Below are positions 17,631 through 26,028 of a stretch of 64,000 nucleotides of DNA, piece by piece; positions within the stretch are counted from its first letter, which is position 1; every line of letters begins with the position of its first letter. The notes under the pieces were generated by a model. The model was not told where the DNA came from and searched no databases. It was given only the letters and a program-made list of their open reading frames with translations. The stretch lies in IMG/VR virus record IMGVR_UViG_3300013126_000011; one strand, written 5' to 3'. The stretch is from a virus. The translations under genes were made by a program, and so were the position numbers.

Positions 17631-18500
17631 ATGTTTATCATCGAAAGAGCAAATTTCATCGAAGAAATTAAAGAAGAAAGACTTCTCAAGGAATCGATGC
17701 AATCATTAATTCAGCAAAGACTAAAGATTGTTACAGAACAGAAAAGTCGTCTTAAAAAAGCAATCAAGAAAATCATCATTAATGAGATGGACACGGTACC
17801 ACATAGATCTACTGGAATTAACGTTCTAGAAGATCTGTTGAAAAAGATTGTACCAGTACTGGAGGATAGTTATAAGCAACTAACTACCGATGAATCTCAG
17901 AGAGAATCATTCCGTGCTCATATTGTGAACGCTATACAAAACGCCCTAGCTCCTACTAGAGTAAGCGTAGATGGTGGTGAAGAAGAGACAGATGACGGAG
18001 GTATCCTTAATATCGACGAGAATGCCCTTTTTGAAGCTTTGAAAGAAGCAGACGTAGATGTAGAGGTTGGAGATTCGGAAGCAGCCAAAATCGATTCTGA
18101 CGCTGAAAACGAGGATGCTTTCATCGGAGATAATCCACCAGAAAACATTAATACAGAAGTACAGCCTGGAGAAGAAGAAAAGTTTATCGACATTGATGGA
18201 GATGGTAAGGAAGATCTAGCACCGGATGAATTTACAATTTCTGGAGAAGAAGAAACAGGACGTAACTTTGCTGCTGAAGCTTTCGAAAAAGTAGAAAAGC
18301 AGATTGTTGATGCATATAAGAAATTAGCCAATGAATCTGACAGAGAGACTTTCTATGATTATTTATTAACAAATATTCGTCTATATTTCGACAAATTTGA
18401 GGATGAACTACAAACATCACTGCCAGAACCTACTTCAGAACAGTACGAATCAGAAAAGAACAAACTAGAACAAACTGATCAGAATCAAAATGCTTTTTAA
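17631..18500 (+). CDS. acidic hypothetical protein, possibly scaffold/head-internal
   Basis: D/E-rich centre; LLKE, LKKAIKKIIINE and LKEA motifs; GGAG SD. Confidence 0.65.
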   Translation: MFIIERANFIEEIKEERLLKESMQSLIQQRLKIVTEQKSRLKKAIKKIIINEMDTVPHRSTGINVLEDLLKKIVPVLEDSYKQLTTDESQRESFRAHIVNAIQNALAPTRVSVDGGEEETDDGGILNIDENALFEALKEADVDVEVGDSEAAKIDSDAENEDAFIGDNPPENINTEVQPGEEEKFIDIDGDGKEDLAPDEFTISGEEETGRNFAAEAFEKVEKQIVDAYKKLANESDRETFYDYLLTNIRLYFDKFEDELQTSLPEPTSEQYESEKNKLEQTDQNQNAF

Positions 18501-18715
18501 ACAGTTTTTAATTAGTTGGCATCAGCAAGCTATTAAATACTGATCAAGTACTGTCAGTGCATTACCAACCAACCTCAAACACAGAGTACACCTTCCCAGG
18601 TACCTTGTTTACACTTTTTTCAGAAGTCGTTGATCTGATTGATTAAAAAAGTGAGCCTTCCCTCTTAACAAGATTTGGACGTTAACAGGAACCTGAATTC
18701 TGGTATAGTGGTTTT

Positions 18716-19312
18716 ATGGAAAAGAAACAATACAAAGTAGATTATACAAATACTGACAGCCTTCGCGAACCACCAATTTCGGTACAACTAAGAGAACAAG
18801 GAAAAATCAACGAATCATTTGAGGTGATGCTTTCTGCTCTCAGCATGGAAGAACTGATGGCTTTAAAGCTGGAATCTATTGTCCGAACAATGCGAGGTAA
18901 ATATTTTGGGTTTCCTTTGTGGAAAGTTTTTCCGAAAATAATCAAAGACGCTTTGCTTAAAATAGCAGTCAGTATGACCACAAACCACAAAGATGCTGCA
19001 TTGCTTCTTGGCATGACAGCACAGCAATACTATTTCCAGATCATGACGCATGACGTTTTGCATAAACAAATCAAAAAATCTATGGCAGACTATGTACGTA
19101 TTGAGAGATTGAATTGCATGACGGATAAGCAATATCAGAAACTTCAAGAGAGAATCAAAAAGAGGTTAATCAGTCGACAACAACAAAACATCTTTCTTCA
19201 TAAAAAGAAAGCAGAAAGATTGGCGTATGTTAGAAATCATTTGTTGAAAGGGAAAGAAAATGTCAGAACAGAAGACAGCAGTGACAGTGGAAACGAAGAA
19301 GTTCAATCTTAA
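18716..19312 (+). CDS. putative Fis-type helix-turn-helix protein
   Basis: ALLKIAVSMTTNHKDAALLLGM resembles the Fis/NtrC C-terminal HTH. Confidence 0.5.
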   Translation: MEKKQYKVDYTNTDSLREPPISVQLREQGKINESFEVMLSALSMEELMALKLESIVRTMRGKYFGFPLWKVFPKIIKDALLKIAVSMTTNHKDAALLLGMTAQQYYFQIMTHDVLHKQIKKSMADYVRIERLNCMTDKQYQKLQERIKKRLISRQQQNIFLHKKKAERLAYVRNHLLKGKENVRTEDSSDSGNEEVQS

Positions 19313-19616
19313 GCAGGTCTTTATTGCACTTCTAGTGGTCGTGTTTGCGATTCTTGGAGGTTATGGAATCAGCATCGGCTTTGATCCTACTGCTCCAGTC
19401 GATCAGGAGGTTGTACAAGAGGTCGTTCAGACAGATGTACAGACTGTTCCAGTTGAGCTAGATGTAGTTGTCGTACCAGAGACAGTTGATGAAGTTGTTC
19501 CAGAGACTACCACTACAACAGTTGACGTACCGGTAGCAACAGTACCAGAGGAAGTCAAGGTTTCAGCAGAAACAGTACCAACTCTGGATGAAGTACTTCC
19601 AAAGGCTGACAACTAA
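19260..19616 (+). CDS. membrane-anchored V/T/E/P-rich protein
   Basis: TM segment VFIALLVVVFAILGGYGISI; VVPET repeats. Confidence 0.65.
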   Translation: MSEQKTAVTVETKKFNLKQVFIALLVVVFAILGGYGISIGFDPTAPVDQEVVQEVVQTDVQTVPVELDVVVVPETVDEVVPETTTTTVDVPVATVPEEVKVSAETVPTLDEVLPKADN

Positions 19617-19627
19617 CAAAGATTCAA

Positions 19628-19933
19628 GTGCTATCGTTTCTTTTAATTTCCTACCTTTTGGCTTGTTTTGGAATGACGTTCATTCTGACATATGGCCATA
19701 TCTTCGATTCAATCCGACCAAAAGCTAGATTTTTTCATTGTCCATTATGCGTTGGCTTTCACGTAGGATGGCTTAACTGTTTAATGTTTCAGTGGATTCT
19801 TGGACTATGGTTTCCGTTATCGATTCAGTTTCTAATTTTGTTCGAATGTGCTTGCATTTCATCTGGCTTTGTATATACTATGAGTATGTTAAGTCTTAGA
19901 GCGGAGCAAGACATTTCTCATGAGAAAAAATAA
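19628..19933 (+). CDS. DUF1360-like small membrane protein
   Basis: IFDSIR..CPLCVGFHVG, three hydrophobic helices. Confidence 0.55.
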   Translation: MLSFLLISYLLACFGMTFILTYGHIFDSIRPKARFFHCPLCVGFHVGWLNCLMFQWILGLWFPLSIQFLILFECACISSGFVYTMSMLSLRAEQDISHEKK

Positions 19934-20087
19934 AAAGAAATACAATCCTGTGGCTGCCGCCAAGGCTGCAATGCGTAAGGCAATCATTGAGGCTGTTGGT
20001 TTGTCTGCTTGGGTCAGCAAGAATCGAGTGATTCCTGACAAGAAAAAGAAGGCAGATCGAGAACGTTGTAAGGACGTGAAGGAATAA
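19920..20087 (+). CDS. 55-aa highly basic protein (absent from ORF track)
   Basis: MRKNKKKYNPVAAAKAAMRKAII...NRVIPDKKKKADRERCK; GGAG upstream. Confidence 0.6.
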   Translation: MRKNKKKYNPVAAAKAAMRKAIIEAVGLSAWVSKNRVIPDKKKKADRERCKDVKE

Positions 20088-20345
20088 AGAAAGTGTGGAA
20101 TTATAATTGGAATGAACCAGATAAGGATAATCGAGGAATTATCGACTTGACAGTTAGTTATTCTTTGTAACTTTAATCGACTTTTGTTGATCAGAACCGG
20201 TCTTTATCCGTATACGGAAGATTATATCACTAATCCGAATCTTGACGGTTATTTTGGTGGGTATTACTTTTGATTGAAATAGCCTTTTATACCATTTACG
20301 TCTATTCGTGGAGTACAGAATCCATAACAGCTGGAGACTGTCACC

Positions 20346-20495
20346 ATGAAAGATCTCATGAAATCGGTTACGAAAATACAGTATCCTGGTTATCGTCCTT
20401 GGTTTGGCGATAAAAGAGATAAACGTAATGCCATTCATTCTGCTAGACAATATCTTAAGAATCAGCTTCGAAAGTGCTTGACAAATGATTGTTGA
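20346..20495 (+). CDS. 49-aa basic protein (absent from ORF track)
   Basis: GGAG SD; MKDLMKSVTK...KRDKRNAIHSARQYLKNQLRK. Confidence 0.55.
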   Translation: MKDLMKSVTKIQYPGYRPWFGDKRDKRNAIHSARQYLKNQLRKCLTNDC

Positions 20496-20506
20496 TCGAG
20501 TATCCT
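20478..20506 (+). promoter_or_regulatory. sigma70-type promoter
   Basis: TTGACA-17 nt-TATCCT. Confidence 0.7.
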
Positions 20507-20527
20507 ACAGTTGAAAGTGGCATAAGG

Positions 20528-20821
20528 ATGCGAAAGTTTGATTATAAGGTTGGCGATGCCGTCAGAGTGACGTTTTTTGATCGGATTTATGATCCGTATA
20601 CTGACGAAATTAATCTTGAAGAGCCAAGTGCGATTCATGAAGATTGGATTGGCGTCATTTTGTTTGTAATGGAAGAAAAAGGCGATGTGGACTGTTTGCG
20701 TGTGGATATGCAGACTAAACAAGCAATTGCTGGAATCCATATGAACAAAACTACTGCAATTGGTCGACACAGAGGAAATCGCGTAACCTATATGAAGGTA
20801 GAGGTAATCAAAAGTGAATAG
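20528..20821 (+). CDS. KOW/SH3-like small protein
   Basis: YKVGDAVRV...IGVIL; start moved downstream of the promoter. Confidence 0.6.
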   Translation: MRKFDYKVGDAVRVTFFDRIYDPYTDEINLEEPSAIHEDWIGVILFVMEEKGDVDCLRVDMQTKQAIAGIHMNKTTAIGRHRGNRVTYMKVEVIKSE

Positions 20822-21064
20822 AACAACTATCATGAATGGTACTTGGTACGGTTGCCCGGTTGCTGATGAAGTACCGATGAACATGTTGTACAAGTTACAG
20901 GTTGTTTTGACTGTCCTTGCGCCACACCTGACGGTATGAAGGGTGAAGACTGGTTTTGTCAGTTGCAAAAGACACAAGTAAGCTCTAATACAAAATGTTC
21001 GTTGTTTGATGGCGATTTTGTTCTTTCACGAAAGCTTTCACGAAAGGTAGTTTGGTATGCTTGA
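20814..21064 (+). pseudogene. Cys4 zinc-binding-like small gene with an apparent -1 frameshift near 20868
   Basis: MNRTTIMNGTWYGCPVADE then -1 frame STDEHVVQVTGCFDCPC..WFC..CSLFDGDFVLSRK, ending over the next ATG. Confidence 0.45.
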
Positions 21065-21260
21065 ATTTAACGTAATCTTCAATGGTAAGACGTATGGAAT
21101 TACAATCTATCGCAAGTCTGAAACAGATTATACAGCCGATTGTAAAGAATTGAACGTCTTGACAGTCGGAAAGAATATGGTTTCAGTGTTGGCTGAAGCT
21201 CAACAGCTTATTCGACAGAAGCTAGGATTGAAGGTCTTTCCAGATTACTTTAAGCGATAG
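21057..21260 (+). CDS. HicB-like (antitoxin N-terminal fold) small protein
   Basis: YTADCKELNVLTVGKNMVSVLAEAQQLI. Confidence 0.55.
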   Translation: MLEFNVIFNGKTYGITIYRKSETDYTADCKELNVLTVGKNMVSVLAEAQQLIRQKLGLKVFPDYFKR

Positions 21261-21276
21261 AGTTTATGTAGTATTT

Positions 21277-21350
21277 GCGCCAATAGCCTAGCGGATCAGG
21301 CACCAAACTTCTAATTTGGCTTTACGGATGTTCGAATCATCCTTGGCGCG
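21277..21350 (+). tRNA. trnR: tRNA-Arg(UCU), no encoded 3' CCA
   Basis: acceptor GCGCCAA/TTGGCGC, D stem GCCT/AGGC, anticodon stem CCAAA/TTTGG with loop CT-TCT-AA, T arm GGATG-TTCGAAT-CATCC, discriminator G followed by CTT. Confidence 0.93.
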
Positions 21351-21358
21351 CTTTATAC

Positions 21359-21387
21359 TTGATAGTATAAGTAAAATTGCTTATACT
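21359..21387 (+). promoter_or_regulatory. sigma70-type promoter
   Basis: TTGATA-17 nt-TATACT; GAGG SD then ATG 21406. Confidence 0.75.
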
Positions 21388-21405
21388 GTATTCGAGGTTG
21401 AGAAC

Positions 21406-21870
21406 ATGACCACAGCAAATCGTATTTTTACAAAGTATCACGAAATGGGATATATCATTGTATCCTCTGAAACGAGGTCGCTTTGTACAACTCCACGAGA
21501 AGCTGACGAATTGCGTCAAAAGAATGATAAAAATTATCGACAACTTAAGGCTCTCGTTCGTGAAGCTGGTTATGGATACGTGCAAGCAATCGGAAGACAT
21601 AACGGAAACGACGATCTGCGCTGTCTGATTGTACCTGCAAGATCTGTAGAAGATTCGGTAGTACTGTCATATGAGGCAATTGGTTGGGCTAGGAAATTTG
21701 AACAAAAGTCAATTTTCGTGAAGTCTGCAAATAAGTATGGTAAGCATGCCATGTTGATTTTTGTTGATAGCGATCATACTCAAATCCTTAGCAAAGTACA
21801 GCATGATAATTTTAGAGTTGGAAATACGCGCCTTCGAAAGCGTCCTTATGAACATTGGAGTTGGATTTAA
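21406..21870 (+). CDS. DUF3293-like phage protein (start moved to 21406; the ORF-track start lies inside the tRNA)
   Basis: GYIIVSS..NDKNYRQLK..GYGY..G..LIVP..KFEQKSIF. Confidence 0.55.
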   Translation: MTTANRIFTKYHEMGYIIVSSETRSLCTTPREADELRQKNDKNYRQLKALVREAGYGYVQAIGRHNGNDDLRCLIVPARSVEDSVVLSYEAIGWARKFEQKSIFVKSANKYGKHAMLIFVDSDHTQILSKVQHDNFRVGNTRLRKRPYEHWSWI

Positions 21871-22511
21871 TGATTTGGATTACGAGCGATCAACATTTTT
21901 CACACAAAAACATCATCAAGTATTGCAATCGACCGCTTGATATCAATGATCCAGATTGTACATTTAAGATGAACAATCTGCTTGTTGAACGATGGAACGA
22001 ACGAGTACAGCCAAATGATGTGGTGTATTTTTTAGGGGATTTTGCCTGGACAAAGGGTGCATTTTTTGTCGAGAAACTTATGAATCGCCTTAATGGCAGC
22101 ATTCATTTTGCGATGGGTAATCACGATTCACATGATATTTATGATTATCATGGCATGCCCGGTACAAAGGTTATCGAAATTGCCAATCATTTCGTACTAG
22201 ACAATGATTATCTGCTTGTACATTATCCAGCAAGAGAAACGATGCCGGCAGAATTTGACAATACAAACGTCGTTGTAAAGCCATTCAAACAGCAGCGAAT
22301 GTTTGATAAGTTGATGCAGCAAAACAAACGAATTGAGAAGTTGCGAGAAGTGACAGGTTGCAAGTACATTGTGCATGGTCATGTTCATAATTCGATTAAG
22401 GAAAATTATCCCAATCATTTCAACGTGTCCTGTGATGCACATGATTTTTATCCAGTCAGTTTTGATGAGATTAAGAAGGATTTGAAGACACGAAATGCAG
22501 CCCAAAATTAA
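21870..22511 (+). CDS. calcineurin-like metallophosphoesterase
   Basis: SDQHFSH, LGDF, GNHD, HYP, HGHVH. Confidence 0.9.
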   Translation: MIWITSDQHFSHKNIIKYCNRPLDINDPDCTFKMNNLLVERWNERVQPNDVVYFLGDFAWTKGAFFVEKLMNRLNGSIHFAMGNHDSHDIYDYHGMPGTKVIEIANHFVLDNDYLLVHYPARETMPAEFDNTNVVVKPFKQQRMFDKLMQQNKRIEKLREVTGCKYIVHGHVHNSIKENYPNHFNVSCDAHDFYPVSFDEIKKDLKTRNAAQN

Positions 22512-22668
22512 ATTGTGCCGAATGTTTCGAATTATGACCTTCAGGATGAAGTGGTTAGGATTTCGTTTTTGTTCATATGAATATTCGGGCAATGATGGAA
22601 GAATTGTTTACGATTGGACTTTAGATATGGGCTGGTTTCGTTTAATCAAACTTAAGCGCGGGTGGTAA
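22495..22668 (+). CDS. 57-aa hypothetical protein (absent from ORF track)
   Basis: fills the operon gap; MQPKIKLC...LKRGW. Confidence 0.45.
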   Translation: MQPKIKLCRMFRIMTFRMKWLGFRFCSYEYSGNDGRIVYDWTLDMGWFRLIKLKRGW

Positions 22669-22669
22669 A

Positions 22670-22819
22670 ATGCAAATGAACGGACCAGATAAGCCTGGAG
22701 ATTGTTTTGCGGGTGATTGCCCATTCGAGCATGGTGATGATATGAAATATCGTTGCACCGTTGGATTTGGCTTTGCTCATAAAGACTATAAGGAAGTTCA
22801 AGCACGGTGTCCGTTTTGA
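22670..22819 (+). CDS. Cys4 small protein, possibly truncated by TGA (frame stays open to 22867)
   Basis: CFAGDCPF..YRC..CPF*NEDEVTVRL. Confidence 0.45.
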   Translation: MQMNGPDKPGDCFAGDCPFEHGDDMKYRCTVGFGFAHKDYKEVQARCPF

Positions 22820-22853
22820 AACGAAGATGAAGTTACGGTGAGGCTAAACAACT

Positions 22854-23189
22854 ATGAGCGAGCCTAACTGCCCTGAAGGTTTTCGACCACTTGAGCAGCT
22901 TTACGTTTCGACAGAAAAGCTAGCTGCCACTCGAAATAAACTTTACATGACTTCGAAAGGAAATCGAGTAGTTGTGTATATTCACGTCAAGGATAAGGTC
23001 GGTCAGCAAGAAATCAACGATATGATCAGCAAGCTCGACAAATATCAAAATACAGACCTTCCAGTAACGCTAATTAAACAGTCTTACAAAACGTGCCAAT
23101 TTCCTTTTGAAGAAGGCGAGTTGGGCAAGTTTGTGTTTCTTCGTCTATTTGATCGCGATGAAGATGAGATGAATCCGGCAGAAAACTGA
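22854..23189 (+). CDS. hypothetical protein
   Basis: GAGG SD. Confidence 0.6.
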   Translation: MSEPNCPEGFRPLEQLYVSTEKLAATRNKLYMTSKGNRVVVYIHVKDKVGQQEINDMISKLDKYQNTDLPVTLIKQSYKTCQFPFEEGELGKFVFLRLFDRDEDEMNPAEN

Positions 23190-23285
23190 TGGTCTTGCAT
23201 CCAATCGTTGTTACAGAAGATTGGTATGACAATCCTAAAGAATTTCACGAGGCTGTGATCACAATTCGATTTAAGAAAACACCTC

Positions 23286-23314
23286 TTGACAAGAGTACCG
23301 AGAACGAGTAAACT
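23286..23314 (+). promoter_or_regulatory. sigma70-type promoter
   Basis: TTGACA-17 nt-TAAACT. Confidence 0.75.
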
Positions 23315-23353
23315 GTGTTGGTAGGTTAGAGAAGAAACTTAGAAAGGAAGAAA

Positions 23354-23527
23354 ATGATGAAGGGTCTACATGACGAGAAGCAAATGACTGCTTGGCTACA
23401 GCAAGACGAGGCTATTTTTGCCAAAATTATCGAGGAAATGCTGTACATTCAGAAGCACGGTCAGCTTGGCAGAATCGATGAACTGGTACGCGCTCTGCGA
23501 CAAGTAATTGCTGATCGCAACAAGTAA
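23354..23527 (+). CDS. 57-aa helical hypothetical protein (absent from ORF track)
   Basis: AAGGA SD; first ORF after the promoter. Confidence 0.6.
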   Translation: MMKGLHDEKQMTAWLQQDEAIFAKIIEEMLYIQKHGQLGRIDELVRALRQVIADRNK

Positions 23528-23549
23528 CTGAGGAAAAAGACAGAACAAA

Positions 23550-23852
23550 ATGGGCAAGAGTTTTAAGCGCAATCAGTTCGATTCCAACGCAAAGGTACGC
23601 GCTGGAGAAGAAGATAAGTGGAAGCGCTCGGATCGTCAGGCAATTCGAAGGACAGTAAAGCGGGTAATTGACTTGGTTCCTGAGCTATCCGATGAAGAGC
23701 TAGACAGAATTGACGATATGGAAATCCTCGACAAAGAGCATGCGCGTGATGTGTACAATGCACCGAAGGACGGCAAACACAGAATTCGCAAGGGTTCGAA
23801 CGAGGACGAAGATGAATTTGAAGAGCGCAGGCTTAAGGCTTTGCGAAAGTAA
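23550..23852 (+). CDS. highly charged small protein
   Basis: MGKSFKRN..KRSDRQAIRR..PKDGK; GAGG SD. Confidence 0.65.
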   Translation: MGKSFKRNQFDSNAKVRAGEEDKWKRSDRQAIRRTVKRVIDLVPELSDEELDRIDDMEILDKEHARDVYNAPKDGKHRIRKGSNEDEDEFEERRLKALRK

Positions 23853-23875
23853 ACAACTTTTTAGGAGGAAGTAAA

Positions 23876-23950
23876 ATGCGTAGGTTTATGGTACCGCGTG
23901 TGTCGCATTGTTGCGGAGGTTCTAACCTGTGGTCCCGATCAAGACCATAA
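23876..23950 (+). CDS. 24-aa peptide MRRFMVPRVSHCCGGSNLWSRSRP
   Basis: AGGAGG SD at canonical spacing. Confidence 0.5.
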   Translation: MRRFMVPRVSHCCGGSNLWSRSRP

Positions 23951-24021
23951 ACTGATTAAATGGTTGCTATGTTGCTCTGGCAAAACTGCCAATTTAACAA
24001 ATTTCACAAGATGGTGAATAA

Positions 24022-24439
24022 AATGAATCTAGATCGCGTGTTTTTTCGTTACTGGAACGATGGTGCTGTTTCTGTCGCTGTAGATGCTGGTGATAAGTTT
24101 GACAAGGAATATCGTCTAGCTTTTTCTTTCCGTGATCGTTACGATACGGCTGTAAAGAGCTATGGCAAGGCTACGGCTGTTGGTCGTCTAGTTCTTGGCG
24201 AGACAATGACTATCGAGAAGTCAATGGTTGAGGAACACAAGGGCATCTATAACTGCATTGCGGTTGCCGCTTATCAGGTTTTGAGCACCGAGACTCGAAA
24301 TGCTGTAAATTATCGTCTGACTAGCACTGTAACTAACCAGATTGGCTACAATCGCGCATTCGCATCGTTCAAACAGCTTCACTTTCCTCCTTGGTTTTTT
24401 CGTCAGCTAATCAAGGACGGACGTAAGTTGATCGGGTAA
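24022..24439 (+). CDS. hypothetical phage protein
   Basis: LAFSFRDRYD..KSYGKATAVGRL; start likely ATG 24022. Confidence 0.6.
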
Positions 24440-24446
24440 TTTTGTC

Positions 24447-24495
24447 TCTCCTGTTGGTCAGCGACACTAGTTACAGTGTCGAATAACGCAGGAGA
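24447..24495 (+). promoter_or_regulatory. SD-sequestering hairpin with candidate late promoter (TAGTTA) at its apex
   Basis: TCTCCTG(24447-53) pairs CAGGAGA(24489-95); CGACACT(24462-68) pairs AGTGTCG(24475-81). Confidence 0.65.
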
Positions 24496-24499
24496 AACC

Positions 24500-25171
24500 A
24501 TGAAAGCCTATATCAAAGAATCCTCTTCTAAGTCCCGAAAATCTTTGGGCGAATTCTCAATCTTCAATAAAATCACAGTATACGTCAATAATCCCTTACC
24601 ACAAGACGTGGATATCGTCGAAGCAATTGCGCTTTTGGAACAGAGACTTCCAGAGAGCCTAGAATATGACGTTGAAGAAGTCATGATCGGAAGTTTTGCG
24701 TTTCTTAAGACAAGAGAGGTTGCAAGTGTTTTCGAGAACGGAACGATTTACGTATCGAACGAACAAGATTCAATAATGACTTTGGTAGATGATATCGTAC
24801 ATGAGTTTGCACATTCACTGGAAGCTTCTTATGCAAGAGCATTATATGCTGACAAAAAGTTAGCTGGTGAATATGTTGGGAAGAAAGATCGATTGTTAGT
24901 ACTGTTAAAGCAAGAAGGAATCGATGTTGCCGATGAATGGTATTCTCAGACTGAATTTGATGAGAATTTTGATGATTTTCTATTTAGAGAAGTTGGATAT
25001 CCAGTCGTAACCAATCTTTCGATGGACTTGTTCCCGTCTGCTTATGCAGTAACAAGTCTTCGAGAATATTTGGCAGTTGGCTTCGAGGTATTTTGTACAG
25101 AAGAAAGAGAAATGCTAAAAGATCAGTGTCCGACGTTATATCAAAAACTACAGGAATTGTTTAATTCCTAA
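24500..25171 (+). CDS. HExxH zincin-like metallopeptidase
   Basis: IVHEFAHSLE and downstream YAVTSLREYLA. Confidence 0.65.
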   Translation: MKAYIKESSSKSRKSLGEFSIFNKITVYVNNPLPQDVDIVEAIALLEQRLPESLEYDVEEVMIGSFAFLKTREVASVFENGTIYVSNEQDSIMTLVDDIVHEFAHSLEASYARALYADKKLAGEYVGKKDRLLVLLKQEGIDVADEWYSQTEFDENFDDFLFREVGYPVVTNLSMDLFPSAYAVTSLREYLAVGFEVFCTEEREMLKDQCPTLYQKLQELFNS

Positions 25172-25185
25172 CTTCGAGTCTTAAA

Positions 25186-26016
25186 TTGTCCGAAACAACA
25201 GAACAGAAAACACATTTGAGTTATTCAGAGCTAGTACAATGGAACTTCTGCTCGCATTTTCACAAGTTAAAGTATATCGACAAAGCTGACATTCCAGATA
25301 ATTATGATGGTCCTGCATCTGCTGGTATTTTAGGTACAGCGCTTCACTATACCTGTGAACAAATCATGCATAAGCGCGCAAACACAGATGAAGAACAATG
25401 GAACGCATTTTTGTCTTCAATTGAAAAGAGCCTCAAAGATGAAGAAAATAAGCTCTCAGAGAGAGACAAAAAGAAGTTGCTCAACGAATCTGCAATGATT
25501 GAAGAACACAAAGCACTTTGGAAGCCAATATTTTCAGAGATTGAACCAGCATTCAAGGATTACTTTGGCGAATATGAGGTTGTTGCAACCGAATTTAGGC
25601 TGATGGAGCTAATCGAATACGGTAATGGCTGGAATTTCAAAGGTTTTATCGACTTAATTTTAAAGACCAGCGATGGCAAATACCATATTGTCGATCTAAA
25701 ATCGTGTTCATTTGGGTGGCTTCCTGAAAAAAAGAATAGCGCAATTGTCAACTATCAATTGACATTGTATAAGATTTTTTACAGTCAAAAAACAGGAATC
25801 CCACTAGAGAATATCGAAACTCACTTTGCTTTACTCAAGAGAACGGCAAAGAAGAACAGGGTAGAGATTTTCAGAGTTACTTCAGGCAACAAAAAGATGC
25901 AAAACGCTAATGATTTATTGAGAAAGGCTCTTTACAACTTGCAGAATAAGCGTTATCTTAAGAACCGAAGCAATTGCGGAAACTGTAAGCTGTTTCATAC
26001 GCCACATTGCTCTTGA
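25186..26016 (+). CDS. Cas4/RecB-like PD-(D/E)XK nuclease with a probable Fe-S cluster
   Basis: HLSYS..C, GTALH, GFIDLI, IVDLKS, YQLTLY, CGNC..C. Confidence 0.85.
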   Translation: MSETTEQKTHLSYSELVQWNFCSHFHKLKYIDKADIPDNYDGPASAGILGTALHYTCEQIMHKRANTDEEQWNAFLSSIEKSLKDEENKLSERDKKKLLNESAMIEEHKALWKPIFSEIEPAFKDYFGEYEVVATEFRLMELIEYGNGWNFKGFIDLILKTSDGKYHIVDLKSCSFGWLPEKKNSAIVNYQLTLYKIFYSQKTGIPLENIETHFALLKRTAKKNRVEIFRVTSGNKKMQNANDLLRKALYNLQNKRYLKNRSNCGNCKLFHTPHCS

Positions 26017-26028
26017 AAAGGTTATAAG

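Noticed and set aside
20147-20175. sigma70 promoter at TTGACA 20147
   Set aside because: No acceptable -10 at 16-18 nt spacing; the same applies to TTGACA at 556, 2741, 21159 and 37140
21316-21405. N-terminal extension of ORF 21316..21870
   Set aside because: It overlaps the tRNA and a promoter; the SD supports ATG 21406
145-22867. TGA stop-codon reassignment
   Set aside because: Many genes end in TGA with ATGA coupling to the next start, long ORFs are intact under code 11, and no suppressor tRNA was seen
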